Positions 41,779 through 54,820 of a stretch of 62,000 nucleotides of DNA are shown piece after piece; position 1 is the stretch's first letter; every line of letters starts with the position of its first letter. A program made the translations under genes and the position numbers. The stretch lies in NCBI GenBank assembly GCA_013239625.1, contig MU053933.1, positions 186,001 through 248,000 on the forward strand. Reading direction: 5' to 3'. Source of the DNA: Lama guanicoe (lineage: Eukaryota). The notes under the pieces were generated by a model. It did not search any database. It saw nothing but the letters and a program-made list of their open reading frames with translations, and had not been told where the DNA came from.

Positions 41779-43455
41779 ATTTATCAACTATCTACCTGTT
41801 TAACTAGCACAATCCACCTGTCAATCAACATCATTCAACTATTTATCTGCTATCTACCTATCATAATTCGTCTATCAACCGCCATCACCTTATCATGTTA
41901 TCTATCTATCTATCTATCTACTTCTAGTTTAAAAATAAGCAGTGGAGAATAAGGCATAAGTATTGTTGAAGGGCACCTACAGGCGGGTAGGGAGAATGCA
42001 AGGACCGGGGATGGAAACGCAGCATCTTCGTACGTGTCTTATCTTACGGTTTCACTTTGGAACCGTGCAAATACTTCACTTACTTACGAAACAAATTAGC
42101 TTGAAAGAAAAGCAATCTCTAAATGTCAAAAGTAAAATTAGACAAACAAAACGAGCAGCCCTTTGGAGGCCTGACCAGCCACAGGGGAGCTATTCCTGGT
42201 GACTCTAAAAAGTGGAAATGTGAAAGGCACTCCTATCAGAAAACATGCGAGGACAAAAAGAACAACGGGCAAGAGAGACAATCTGGGAGCTTTCCGGTCA
42301 CCGTGCTGGGGGTGGTGGCAGGCTCTTGCGCCAGGCGCTGCCGTCAGCGTGGGGTGTGGGTGTGTTGATCTGGGACTGGGGTGTGTTGAGGGAGAAAGCA
42401 AACGTGACGCTCAGATGCGGTGGCTTCCTGCGCTGTGGAGAGTGGAGCTTTTCAGCGTGAGAGGGTGGAAGTCAAGGAGCTCTGGACTCGGAAGGGAGTA
42501 ACAGCACAGGGTTATCGGCAAAATTAATGACAGTGGCTAATGCGAACATGCTCTAATCGGGCTGTTCTTCACTGTAGCTTAAGTGCATGTTTGGGAGACT
42601 GTTCCTTCAAACAGCAAAGGTCTCTCCTCCTCTGCTTTCTCTCAACTATTTTTAAATAAACACAAAACTCCCATTTGTACCAAAATGAGAGGCATTGTGT
42701 TTAATGGAGTGAACCTTCAGGCCAGTCTGAAAATAAAAGGTGAAATAGATTCTTCCAAGTTTACTTACAGTCTCTTAAAATGCCAGCGCCCTCCCCACCT
42801 GGTCAGTTACTGCTATCCATAAGGAGTGATGAGATTATCATTTTTTATGTTTCACTATTAATTCTAAAGGTCAGCAAAACATATTCACTCTTCTGTAATA
42901 ACATAGTGCTTGAAAGCTGAGAAACAATAGCAGGTCCAAGTTACATGTGCAACAAACAACCATCCTGCAGAAATCAGGGTTTTCACACTTTCAGTAAGTG
43001 CCTCCGGTTCTGACTCCTGATTGGAAGTTCTGGAAGGTGACAGGAGTCAAGGCGCGCCTGCCTGGCCTAGAAAATGGTCATGTGACGTCCCCATGTGCTG
43101 ACTCAGGGGAGCACATGCAGCTGTAGAGCTGCAGGGAACTCGGAGGAAAGGGACTTCAGTGAATGTCATTATTGCATTATTTTCAGACCCACCTCTGCTT
43201 TGTGACCGCTCATTTCATCTGTAATTTAAAGCTTAAACAAACAAGACATTATTGAAATGCCCATTTTTAATTTGCTGAGAGAAAAGTCAATGTTTATTGT
43301 GAGAGAATATGGCTCAAATACAAGACCTGTCCATTGGGAAGAAGGAACAGTTCACAGGCATGACTGCAGAACACATGAAAAATTAGTGCATTTTTATAAA
43401 ACTTGATCCTTAACTGCCTTCCTGCCTAAGGTCTAAAGCACTTTTCCTTACTGTA

Positions 43456-43481
43456 TGTGTGTGTGTGTGTGTGTGTGTGTG
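43456..43481. repeat. (TG)n microsatellite
   Basis: Read directly from the sequence. Confidence 0.95.
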
Positions 43482-44014
43482 CGTCTGAACCAGAGTCCCC
43501 TCCACTCAGCGGCACCAGCGCCCCCAGGACACTGTCAGGCAGACGTACCCCACACACACTGCCCACCACACAGAAGACCCCACATTCTCACACGGCTTTC
43601 GGGCGTCTCTGGGAAGTGACTGGTGAGGCTAGGTTTACACCAAAGAACCTTCAGGATTGGCAGAGATTTGAGGAAAGCCTCCAACGCAAGAGGCAGAAAA
43701 CAATCAGAAAAGGGGGACTCAGAAGAAACAGAGGCAGTTCAGAGACACCTGAGGGTGATGGTGGACTTAAACACGGGCTCGGCAGGTGAGCCCAGGGGAA
43801 CCAGATGCTGCGCCCGTGAAGTTAGAACAGGACTGGCGGTGGGGGTGGGGAGGAAGGTGGTTAGAGAACCAGAAAGAACTCTTAGATATTAACACATGAT
43901 CATAGAACTAAAAAATTTTTAAACCAAGGAAATCTTCCAGAAATGTCTTTTTAAAAAATTTTTTTTTATTGATTGTACTTCTCTGCTTCAGAATTTATTC
44001 TTGGTTTCTGTCTA

Positions 44015-44154
44015 TTTTATTTTATTTGGGGGGGACAGTGGGAGGTACTTAGGTTTATTCATTTATTTACTTTTAAAGGAGGGGCTGGGGATTGAACCCA
44101 GGACCTCGTGCACGCTAAGCATGCAGCTCTACCACTTGAGCTAAACCCTCCCCC
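44015..44154 (-). mobile_element. tRNA-derived SINE
   Basis: On -: GGGGAGGGTTTAGCTCAAGTGGTAGAG...GGTCCTGGGTTCAATCCCCAGCCCCTCC; intact A and B boxes. Confidence 0.9.
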
Positions 44155-44608
44155 GCTTCTAGACATTTCAGCAAAAGGCAAAGAGAGAAGACATGGAAGG
44201 GAAAAGTGGAGCAGATCAGCAGAAGAGGTCCAGCGTCCAGCTCACAGCAATTCCAGACAGGGAAGAGAGAGAGGGTGGAGGGACGGGAAGGTGGGGGACT
44301 CTGCACGTCAGAGTGCAGGGAGACTCCCGGGACTGGGTTACGGCACAGGCCAAGTGGATAAAGTGAGAATTAGTAAGAGAACGAAAACAGGGGGACAAGG
44401 GGATAAACCCCCTTGTCTTCTCACCCCTCATCTCCCGGCCCTGGTGCGGGCACCCTCACTGACACCCCCCCAGTATGATTTCATTTCTCTTGGGTCAATA
44501 ACTCGGAGTGGAATTGCTAAACTGTAGGGGAGACGGATGTTTAACTTTAAAAGATGCTGACAAACAATTCTCCAGAGAAGCTCCACCACTTCGATCTCCC
44601 ACTAATGC

Positions 44609-44960
44609 CACACACTCACACACACACATACACACGCATACATATACACATGTATACACACATGCACACATACACCCATACATATGCACATATACACATA
44701 CACACATACACACATGCACATGCACCCATACACACATACACACACGCATGCACAATACACCCATACATACACACATACACATGTACACACATACACAACT
44801 ACACATACACACATGCACACACGCACACATACACATAACACACATGCACACAGCCATACACATACATACACACACGCACACACCCATCCATATGTACACA
44901 CATACACATGTACGCATATAGACATACATGTTATTATTTTATATGTATACATATATGTAT
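44609..44960. repeat. Long degenerate (CA)/(TA) low-complexity tract
   Basis: About 350 bp of alternating purine-pyrimidine sequence. Confidence 0.95.
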
Positions 44961-45213
44961 GTCTTAACAAAATTAATAGACTTGGGTGTTTAGAGTAGTT
45001 TCGGGTCTGCGGAAACATTACAGATGGTGCAGAATTCTCCACCCACCTCCGCCCCTGCACCCCCACTGTCTCCCCTCTTATCAACATCAGTATTACTGTG
45101 GTGCTTTGTTACAATTTATGACCCAATAGTGGTAAGTTCGTCTTGTATAATAATCTAATTAAATTTTAATAATTTTAATTAACACTAAAGAAAACTCATG
45201 TTAACATTTCAGT

Positions 45214-45330
45214 GGGGAGGGTAGAGCACGTGCTCAGCCTGCACGAGGTCCTGGGTTCAGTCCCCAGCACCTCCATCAAAAAACGTAAGTACACCTGAGT
45301 ACCTCCCTCCAAAATAAAAAAAATTAAAAA
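45214..45330 (+). mobile_element. tRNA-derived SINE with the A-box region deleted
   Basis: GGGGAGGGTAGAGCACGTGCTCAGCCTGCACGAGGTCCTGGGTTCAGTCCCCAGCACCTCC plus an A-tail. Confidence 0.85.
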
Positions 45331-48300
45331 ATACTTTAAGAACATTTAAATTAACTACACATTTAAAATACATGAATGATTTTTTTTAAAAGCCTCCCAT
45401 TTTCCCACATTTTTGGGTCAATTTTAGATCCTTTCACTTTCTGGGGAGATCGTTTGTTTCCGTCACTGGCATGTGTCCACGTACAACTCGGCAGTGTGCA
45501 GAAAGGGCAGAGGTGCACGCGAGGGAGGGGAGCCGAGCACGTCCTAACTCAGTAAACGCCGCCGCCCCGGAGCCCGGGGGAGGCGGCATGACCCGGCTGC
45601 CACTTCCCTGAGAGCCTGGCACACCCCAGGGTTAGCGTTCAAGGAGAGGTCCCTGACATGAAAGGCTTGAAAGCCAAAGGGTTCTCAAAGCTCCCCGTGG
45701 AGATTCTTTTGGATTCAGTACATCACAAACTACCCGTTGCTTCAGGCTGCTAAGAAGACTCTCGTTGCAGTTATGGTCACGGCACGTACCACGGGTGTGC
45801 CTTCCGGCTTGTCACTCGTGTTCCCTGAGCACAACCAGCCTCGTGACTCTTGCCCAGCTGTCTTCTCCTCGGTCCTGTCCTGTCATCCTAGAAACCACAA
45901 TTCCAGGTCCATTTGTCTCAGAGCTGCGACCCTTGCACACGCCGCAGCGCACCACCGACAGCTCGCTGAGCTAACCGGAAGGAATCAGTAGAAACAGTGA
46001 AACGATCCGGCTTCTCTGAGCCAAGGCTTCAACTCTTCAATTTGCAAAACAAAAGGCTTCGCAAAGCAACCGTGATATTTGCGTTACTTACAGATAATTT
46101 AGTATCAAAGATTTTTAAAGCGATGTCCATGGTCTTGAACACATACACGTTCTGATTCCAGCAAACCCCAACTACTCATAGGGCTCTGTGGCATGTTTTA
46201 AAGCAGTGGCTCAGACTATTTCAACCTGCAGCCTCCAGCGGGCCCACACTTCCCGGACGGTTTTGTCAACAATGTTCCGGGATGAGCGCTGTGGTCCCTC
46301 GTGCTGGCGTCCTCCTTTCCTTGCTTGACAAGGTACAGGATGGGTCATACGGCTGGCAGGGGCTCTCTCCGCCAGCTTAGAGGTACAGGGATAATGGACT
46401 GTCCCACGTTGCAAGAAACTGCAGATGGGGTAAAAGTTGAGAGAGAGAAATGGTAGTTACTATGGAAACCATCTATTTCTCTGTGCTAAACTACCTGGCA
46501 TTAAACCATGGGCCAGTGGCCAACAAATGAAAACCACTATTAAAATCCTCATCATGAGGACATTCAGCAAATGAAGAGTCAATTTGGTCTTTTCAAAAAA
46601 TGAATTCGGTTTTTCTTTGCTCAGCTTTGGAAGACTCTAATTAAGGAAATTATAAAACTTGACTTATTCGTACCCCTTTCAGAATAGACATTACATGGCT
46701 ACAAAGTGACATGCCATTTTGGATATAAGTCTGAAAATATCCATCAAGTGACCTGTGCCTCCAGGAAAAGCACGTGGCGTTGCTCTGACTCACCGCGCCT
46801 TCCGGCCTGGCCCCGCGGAGTTCTCTTACCAGCGAAGTATTTGCTGGAACACTAACAAATACATACTCCAAAATTAAACATAAACTCGTTAGTAAAGTAT
46901 GGTTTATTAAAATATTCTTTTATAATATAATTCATATTTTTTCCTGAAAAATCTATAGCAGCTAAAAGCAGATACCAGTCAAGTCTATGCAGGAAGTAGA
47001 GTTGAGCACAGATAGAAATACTTGCAAGGAAATTGCAATGCAAATATTTCCAATATGGATCGTAATTGTGATCAGCACATGGAAGTGTTTTAGGAGACAT
47101 TTCCACCCGTGCGCACTAACGTACGGTTAAACACTCGTTCACAAAGACGTGCTAACGATAATTAAAAATAAAAACCCGCTCTAAAATACTAACTGAAAAT
47201 CCTGAACATGAATTGTATATGTGAATGTGGGTGTGACTGAAAAAAAAATGTTTTCTTCTTTCATTATTTCCTACTAGAAGTTTCCCATGAACAGGGCCTT
47301 AAATTTCTTTTTATTTTTTTATTGGAGTATAGTAGGGCCTTACGTTTTGAAAGCTGAGCTAGGCCAGCAGCAGACTTTGTTGTAGGTCATGAGAGCGCAG
47401 TCACATACGGCCTGACTGAAATGAGCTGTTCCCGCACAATTCCCGCGTGGAAGTGATGAAGTCAAGGACGTTCTGGCCTGTTCTGATTTGGTATTCAAGA
47501 TATCCGGGACCCAAGCAGCTTGTAAGGACCTCAAGCTGCCCCCGATCAGTACAAAATCAGGAACGTGCCTGAGGGTTAATACTTTCGAAGGAAAGTGTTA
47601 AATTCTTTTCCTGCTATTGGACCCAGAGAGGCCAATGTCACCCTGATTCCTTACATAATCTGAGACTGTCCCAAATGTGTCAACACAAGAGTTGGTGTCA
47701 CTCATAGGTCACCCAAAGTTGTGATGAGACACAAGACAAATGCCTCTAACACCTTAGATTTCTGGTAAAATGTCTTTCCTTAGCCTCCTATCTAGAAAAA
47801 GATCTTCAACAGTGTAAAGATGTCAAGGAATTTTTAAGCTAGGATGAAGCTATTGACTAGATGACCTCCAAAAGCAAATGAAATAGATTGCTAAAGAAAA
47901 AAGAAAAAAAATCCTTTTCAATGAGTGACAAACAATAACCATAGAAAAAGATGCCATTCTCTTTAAAAAAATCCTAAACCTTTCTAAAACCTCTGATTTC
48001 TGACCTTCCATTTTTTCCCATCTTAACGGTTAGTAATGCATTTCTAAATCTTTCCTAAAAAAAGTCAAATCTAAATATAATTAACTCAGAAAAAGTGCTT
48101 CTAGAGAATTGCTCACAGTGGTTTTTCACGAGTGCAGCTGGGAGGAAGGCCAGGCTGTGAATTTTGCCCACAAGGGCATTTGCCGGGGTCCCAGGCCCAC
48201 CTGACGTCAGCATTAACACCCACGGTCTGAGCCTTCACTGTATGATAATGGCACAAGGAGGTGGATGTCACAGTCTTGTCAATTCAGTGAAACCCTAAAA

Positions 48301-48622
48301 GAAGTTATTAAAGCTGCTAAATTGCAATGAGCAGCTGAGGAGTTGTCTGCCAATCTGTCCAGAAGAGTCACGTCCCATTACACACTCATCCCTTGACTTC
48401 AGATTCAAAAGGAAGTGCCACCTTCAAGCCTATTACTGTGAGTCAAAAACCTTCGAAACTTCCTAGTTTTAACGTCCTAATTACATCCGACCACAGGAAA
48501 AATATTTGGCAAGAATATTTCATCTGTTTCCAAATAAATAGCAATTGACTTACTGTCTTCTGGAACCTATTGTTTCACCAGATCAAAACCTTGTATTTTT
48601 GGAAAACATTCTTGGACAAGAA

Positions 48623-48642
48623 GGACAAGCCGGAACATGTTC
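48623..48642. promoter_or_regulatory. p53/p63-family response element
   Basis: GGACAAGCCG GAACATGTTC matches two RRRCWWGYYY half-sites with no spacer and one mismatch. Confidence 0.65.
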
Positions 48643-49678
48643 CCATGAGTGTGTCCTGACTGCCCGCTGAGTGGGTGTCTGCTACGCCACTCCATTTCCA
48701 CCTCAAAGGCAAGTCTTTGGAGGTTATAAAAAGAGCTCCTTCAGCTGGGTCATGTGACAGAGGTAACATTACTTTTTGCAAGGCATTGTAAAAATGAAAG
48801 ATGGATGACTAATGTAAGCAATGTTTTACAGCCTTTGTCTAGTGGAGGATTCTATGTGCATCCATTTTAAAAGGAAGAAAAACAGACCGTACATGCATTG
48901 CAGTGTGATCTGAGCTACGGGTGCTGAAAGCTTCGTTTCCCATCTGGTCACGACGGGACTGTGATGAGCTGAAGTTGTCACTGCCAGCACACGCTCTTTC
49001 AAAGAACAAGATCAGGAAGGGTAGGTGGCTAGGCGCCTGATGAATCAGCGTAGGCAGCTCGTTAATTAAGTGAGCTGACCCCAGGAAGGTAACACACAGC
49101 GGCTGGAGGTGTCCAGCCAATCAAGGTGACCCCAGCCCTGGATGTGCGCAAGGCCAGTTTACTGTTTATGGTTTGTAAATTCGTCCCGAGTTGGTGTAAC
49201 CACCGTGCTTTGGATAGCGGCTGGATTAAAATGTTAAACTCCCTGGAGAACACGGAAAAACTGATCCTCAAAGCAATCAGATTCAACGTTTATATGGAGA
49301 ACCATGTTTGGATAGGAAATAAAACTACAGAAACACACAGGAATGAGCTGCTTCTGTGCAAGAACGGGAAGCGGCGTCCAGCTGCACGAAAAGGCGCGCG
49401 CCGTGCGTGCAGGTGAACAGTCGGGCCCTCATGGGAGGGACGGCTTCCCGCTTAGCCCGGTCGTGCTGGTTTTTATTAGGAAGGGTGGAAGGAGTCTGTT
49501 TCTGAGCCATGTTCTTTGTGCGGGACCCTTTCCAGGTCAGCGCGGGTTCTCCCTTTATTAGCTGTGCGTAGACTCACGCCCCCACGACGGTCAGTGTGTT
49601 CAGTTTTCCTTCTTACGTCGTCGCGAAGTGGTTCAGACACATCATTGTTTCACTGCTCTCAGGAAAGTGAGGATTTTT

Positions 49679-49974
49679 ATTTTATTTTATTTTTATGAAA
49701 AAAATTTTATTGAAGTATAGTTGGCTTATGCGGTGTTAATTTCTGGTGTACAGCATAGTGATTCAGTTATATATATATATATATGTATTTCTTTTCATAT
49801 TATTTCTCATTATAGGCTGTTACAAGACACTGAATTTAGTTCCCTGTGCTGTGCAGTAGGACCTTGATTATCTATTTCATACAGAGTAGAAGTGAGTATC
49901 TGCAAACCCCCAGCTCCCACCAGTTTATCCCTCCCCCCCCCCCCCCCCCGCCCCATTCTAGGTCTGTGAGTCTG
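49679..49974 (-). mobile_element. 5'-truncated L1 3' end with TSD
   Basis: Poly-T, ATTGAAGTATAGTTG, (TA)n and a C-tract; TSD GGAAAGTGAG(G/A)ATTTTT at 49662-49678 and 49975-49991. Confidence 0.85.
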
Positions 49975-51039
49975 GGAAAGTGAGAATTTTTAAAAGGTTA
50001 TCATCTCAGGGATGTTCTGCGAACTCTATCGCCAAAGACAGAACAACAGTCAATAAATTCTAGACACTCTCTGTGTACCTGTGTTTAACGTAAGTGACTG
50101 GAGCTGCTCGTCACGAGGCTTTCAGTCACACACACCGCCCTCGTTGGGAAGACCCTTAACTAGAATATGCAAAAGAACACTTTCGGGTTTACAGTCAATA
50201 CTGGGAACGCTTGAAGGTTCAAGGGAAGGTCTGAGAGGAGAAAACATCAAGAGAAGAGTCTGAGAGACCAGGGCAGGCCAGGGAGTTCACTCACGGGCTT
50301 GAGATGTGAGCAGCTGTTAGACAGACGGCTGTAATCGGCTCCCCTTGGTCTCACCACAGACGGGACGAGAGGGGAGGGGGTGCCCTCCATCATCGTCACA
50401 AGATGTTTTTGGACAGAAACAATTACGTTATGAAATCTCTTCCACTTGCCTCATTAACAATAGAATAAATCATGTCTGGGGGAGTCTAGCCATGTTTCTG
50501 CTCTTGGCTTGAAATCATAGCGCCAGATTACAGCTCAAGGCTATAAAACTTGAATGAGTCCCAAGTTCAGGAAAAAGATGGTTCTGCTCAGCTGTGAGTC
50601 ACCGCAGCCAGGGATGAGCCGCTTACCAAGTAGAAGTTCTCACAGCGATTTGCATGGCAGCCTGGAGGTGACGGTAAGCCCTGGAGAGTCAGAAGTCTGA
50701 CTGTGGCTGGTGAATAATCAATTAAAATATTTAGGCTTTGACTCCACTTGAAGGCAGGTGTGGGTGGGAGGCAGTTACAACCAGAGTGGGAGCCACGAGG
50801 ACAGACGGTTGGGAGCTAGTCAATTCATTTGATTTTGGGTTGTTGCTTTTTCAATTAAAAAGGAAAAAAATCTCTGGTTTAAAAAAAAAAATCTCTGTAC
50901 TGTTTGGCGCCCCATTCAGATTCCGATTATTTTGGGAACATTCTGACGACTCCTGACGTGATGCCGTTAGTCCTAGGAATGTCAGCGTGGTGTGCTCCAG
51001 CCACACCAACGTTGTTAGAAGGAACTGGATTTTTGTCGT

Positions 51040-51165
51040 TGTTTTTAATTGAATTATAGTCAGTTACACTGTGTCCATTTCTGATGTGCCACATCATGTC
51101 CCAGTCGTATATATATATTCATTTCCACATACTTTTTCATGAAAGGTTATTACACGATATTGAAT
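51040..51165 (-). mobile_element. Short L1 3' end fragment
   Basis: TTTTTAATTGAATTATAGTCAGTTAC...(TA)n...AAGGTTATTACACGATATTGAA; similar to the other L1 tails in the window. Confidence 0.6.
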
Positions 51166-52299
51166 TAAAAAGAAAAAGAAGGAATTGTTTGGCGCGAGTA
51201 GGGGGCGAGCAGCTTCTCAGAATTCAGTTCCCTCCGAAGTGCTGACTGTCGTAAACACAACAGAAGCAGCCCAGCTCCACGTGCGTGACGTTGCGGATTC
51301 ACGAGGACGAAGTTTTCTGACACTTCATGGGCAAAGAGGTCTGCTCTTCTGCTGAGAACCCCACCTCGTGTCACAAGGAGGTGACAGCCAGCTCGGGGGG
51401 CCGCTGGGGGATTGGCCGAGCCGGTGTTGGTGGAGTCCCTTCTGAGCAAGTCAGTACATCTTCTCACCTAAACTGACATGTGGCGTCTTTAAATACGACG
51501 ACTTTCAGTTGTATATTTTTGCCGATGCTTCCGAGACGTACACGCAAACTGGAAATCTGGGACACAGCTTTCAGCTCTTGGTTTCTAAAGACTAGAAAAG
51601 TCAGGGTCCAACCTGCCGCAACGACAACCAGCTGCAGCGAAACGATCTTTTCTCCGGGGCTGGGATACCGGGGACACGAGGCACGCGTGTTATTTTCACG
51701 ATGGCGTTTATTAGACGTTTCCATGCTTCTTCTGTTCCGTTCATCAAGTCTCCAACAGACCGTCCCAGCGAGGGTACGAGGAAGTTACGCAGGGGGCTTG
51801 GTGCCCGGGGAGCAGTCCATGGAGAATGATTTTTGAAAGCAGATCAGGCGCAGTAACGCTTCCCCAGCTTCTGTGCTCGAACGCTGACGTGTGCCTCCAG
51901 GTCTGTGAAAACGTGCTGCGGTTTCAGGCACGAGGCTTATACGATTGTGTCAGGCGAGTGTCTTTTCTTCTACCATTTCTATCACGTGGCCATTTAACAT
52001 AACCAAGGGCACTTGTCATAGGGAAAGAACCGTTTGCTACTGGACAGTCAGCTGCCATTAATCGTTTAGGTCGCGTGAAAAATCAGAAGTCTTGGCTAAT
52101 CATATTCTACTACCTGCTAACAAGGGGCAAAATCATAACAAAGTCAAAGAATTAATGATCTTAGTAATAAGATAAAATCATCCGAGATTAGGATTTCCAG
52201 GAGTCTCATGAAGACTTAGCAATGTCAAGCGATAATTCCAACTGGATGTAATAAATTCAGGATTTTTTTTGGTGCTTAAGTTTTGGTGGCCAAGGAAGT

Positions 52300-53120
52300 A
52301 TGTTTTCTCTCAACACTTAGGAAAAACACTGCCTCTTAATCTCTGTCAGGCTCGCTGTGCCCGGGGACCCAGGGATAATGCTGGAGGGGTGAGAGAAAGC
52401 ATGGTCCCCTCCCTCCTGAGCTTACGGTGCAGCAGGGAAGCGCAGATGTGAGCGAATTCCTACCAAGAGTCAATAGTCAGTGTAACTGCCAACTGGCCAG
52501 TGCTATGCTTGCTAGCAAAGCAGGAAGTGAGGGCTCTGGAGGATGTGGGGGGCTTCCCTGAGGCAGTGACATTTGAGCCGAGACCTGAAGGGATAGCAAT
52601 AGTGGTCAGGGCACTGGGTGTGCAGAGACCTGGGGGAGGGCTGGGGTTGGGGGAGGCAGGGCCAGCCCCTGCAGCCCCAAAGCCTCAGAAAGGATGAGGT
52701 CATGTCCAGAGAGCACTTAGAATCAGCTGGAGGATGTTACCCTCAGTGCGTGGGTAACACATAGAATGATACCTTTACAAGGGCCATGGAGGCCCCGCTA
52801 TGAACAGACTCCCAGGACCAATCAGGGTCTGGATGGCCCCTTAGGGGTTGTCAGCTGGGAACTTGGAGAGGGTGGCAGCTGGACAGGTCCAGAGGCAGTG
52901 GGGTGTAACCATGGGATGGTCTGGGTTTCCTGCCGCTGTGAGTAGATGGACAGCAGGGCTGTCGGTTGTGATGGGGACAGCGGGGAGAACCAGGTTTGGG
53001 GCCAGGGCCAGACGTGTGAGCCTGATGGTCCTGGGAGACATCCAGGTGGGGATGAACTGGGAAGAATGGCCATGCACCAACGACACAGCGACACAGTGGC
53101 CAATCCTGATTGTGGCCAGC
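52300..53120. mobile_element. Probable L2 remnant
   Basis: GGCTTCCCTGAGGCAGTGACATTTGAGCCGAGACCTGAAGGA and GAGACATCCAGGTGGGGATG are L2-like. Confidence 0.5.
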
Positions 53121-54814
53121 CCCCACCCCTTCCCGAGCCCCAGATCGGTTCAGAAAAACAGAGGGTGCAGCCTTCCTATTTCCAGAGCAGTTCCTACAGC
53201 ACGGTGATAGATCCCTCTCTTTCCTTCATGACCTTGCTGCCATGTTTTGTGGCGAAAACTCAAAAGAGAAGAGAGCAGCTCTGGCGTGAGGCCAAGCTGG
53301 AGATGCTCACACCAGAGGGGACGCAGCCGCGCCGGGGAGGAGCGGCAAGTCCCACGTGGGACAGGCAGTAGCCAGTGGGCACCCAGGCCCGGGTCCCCCA
53401 CCCTCCCTCTTCCGGGGAAGTGCCCTGGGCCGGCTCCCTGCAGAGGCACAGGGTGGGTCTGTGTCCCACTGAAGGGACACCTTCCCATAAAGAGTGGGTC
53501 TGTCTCCCTCTTCACAGAGCAAATGTGGGCAGGCAGACCCGTCAACGGGAAAAAGCAGGCGGCTTGGCTCCGAGCAGTCTGGGTGCGGAGGGCCCTCCCT
53601 CAGGCGTGACCGCGGGGCCCCCAGGGAGTCGCAGTCCCCGGCTCAGGGAGGGGAAGCCTCAGGCCCATGGGCGCCGGGGCTTAGGTGGGAGGGAGGGTCC
53701 CAGCCATCTCTGTGTGCGGGCAGCTCGGGGTGGCTTCTGGGCAGGTCAGATCATTCTTGCCCGTCTCCCCAGAACTAGGAACCTCTGACGCCAAGGCACT
53801 CAGGCCAGACGTGAAAGCTGTGAGAGGAAGGAGCCAGGGACCCGGCGTCTCCGCCACCCACTCGGATTTGCTTTGAGCGTGTGTGAAAGGATGTGCAAGA
53901 GGGTACTCACACTTTGCTGGATGTTCAGGGAGTGAATCCCCCTCACAGCTCCCAGCTGCCCTCTAAAATACAACTGGAGCACCGACGACAAGGTTCCCGG
54001 AGCTCAAGCCCTTAGAAGATGGGAGGACACTTCAGGCGTCACGTAACTTTAAAGTGACTACTCCATCATTTAATATTTGATCAGTAAAATACGAGATGGT
54101 TCCAGGCCACCTGCCTAAAGAACCACCTTGCTTAGAAGTTCGCCCTTCTCTCCCACTACTCATCTTTTTTTGTGTCCAGTCTCTCAAGCTAAACTTTGCA
54201 AAAAACACTACATTCACCTGATTAAAAAAAAAAAAAACCTTGTGAAAGCTTCTGATATCTCAATATCCCAATTATTTTAAGTGTTTGGGTCATTTAAAAT
54301 AATCCAGACATTTCACTGGGTCTGAACTGTAGCAGGAATTAGAGCCCGTTCTCAAAATAGACCAAGCGTGTCCACTACCTGGAATGGGCAGCCTGAGCAG
54401 AGGGCCAGCAGGTAGGAGACACAGGTCCTGGCACCTCAGACTGGCCATCATTCAAACTGACAGGACACAAGACACACATGACTTCTCAGCCTTCATGCCT
54501 TTCAGAATCCAACCAGGAAAGTCACCACCACCGCCCTGAGCTGGAAGCCATGAGCTTTGGGCGCCGAGACCGGGAAGAACATACAAGGTCTGTGCGTCTG
54601 CCTCCTGGGCCCTGAGGACACATCCTACTCGAGGTCTCCGTGCCCTCCTGGCCCAGGGACACGCAATCCACGTTAGGTGGCGGTACCCTGGGGTCCAGCT
54701 CTAAGACACACACCCTCTGGGCCCTTCCCTCCCAAGCCCCGGTGCCCGTGGACCTCTGTGTGGCACAGAGCAAACCAACTTTACAAATTCACAGGCCAAC
54801 AGTGAGTTCTTCTG

Positions 54815-54820
54815 TTTATT
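54815..54820 (-). terminator. PRDM15: Candidate PRDM15 polyadenylation signal
   Basis: AATAAA on - followed by GU/U-rich sequence, about 2.5 kb after the stop codon; a second, more proximal AATAAA lies at 55322-55327. Confidence 0.55.

Noticed and set aside
44495..45087. His/Thr-rich or Cys/Val/Met-rich ORFs
   Set aside because: Translations of the CA/TA low-complexity repeat
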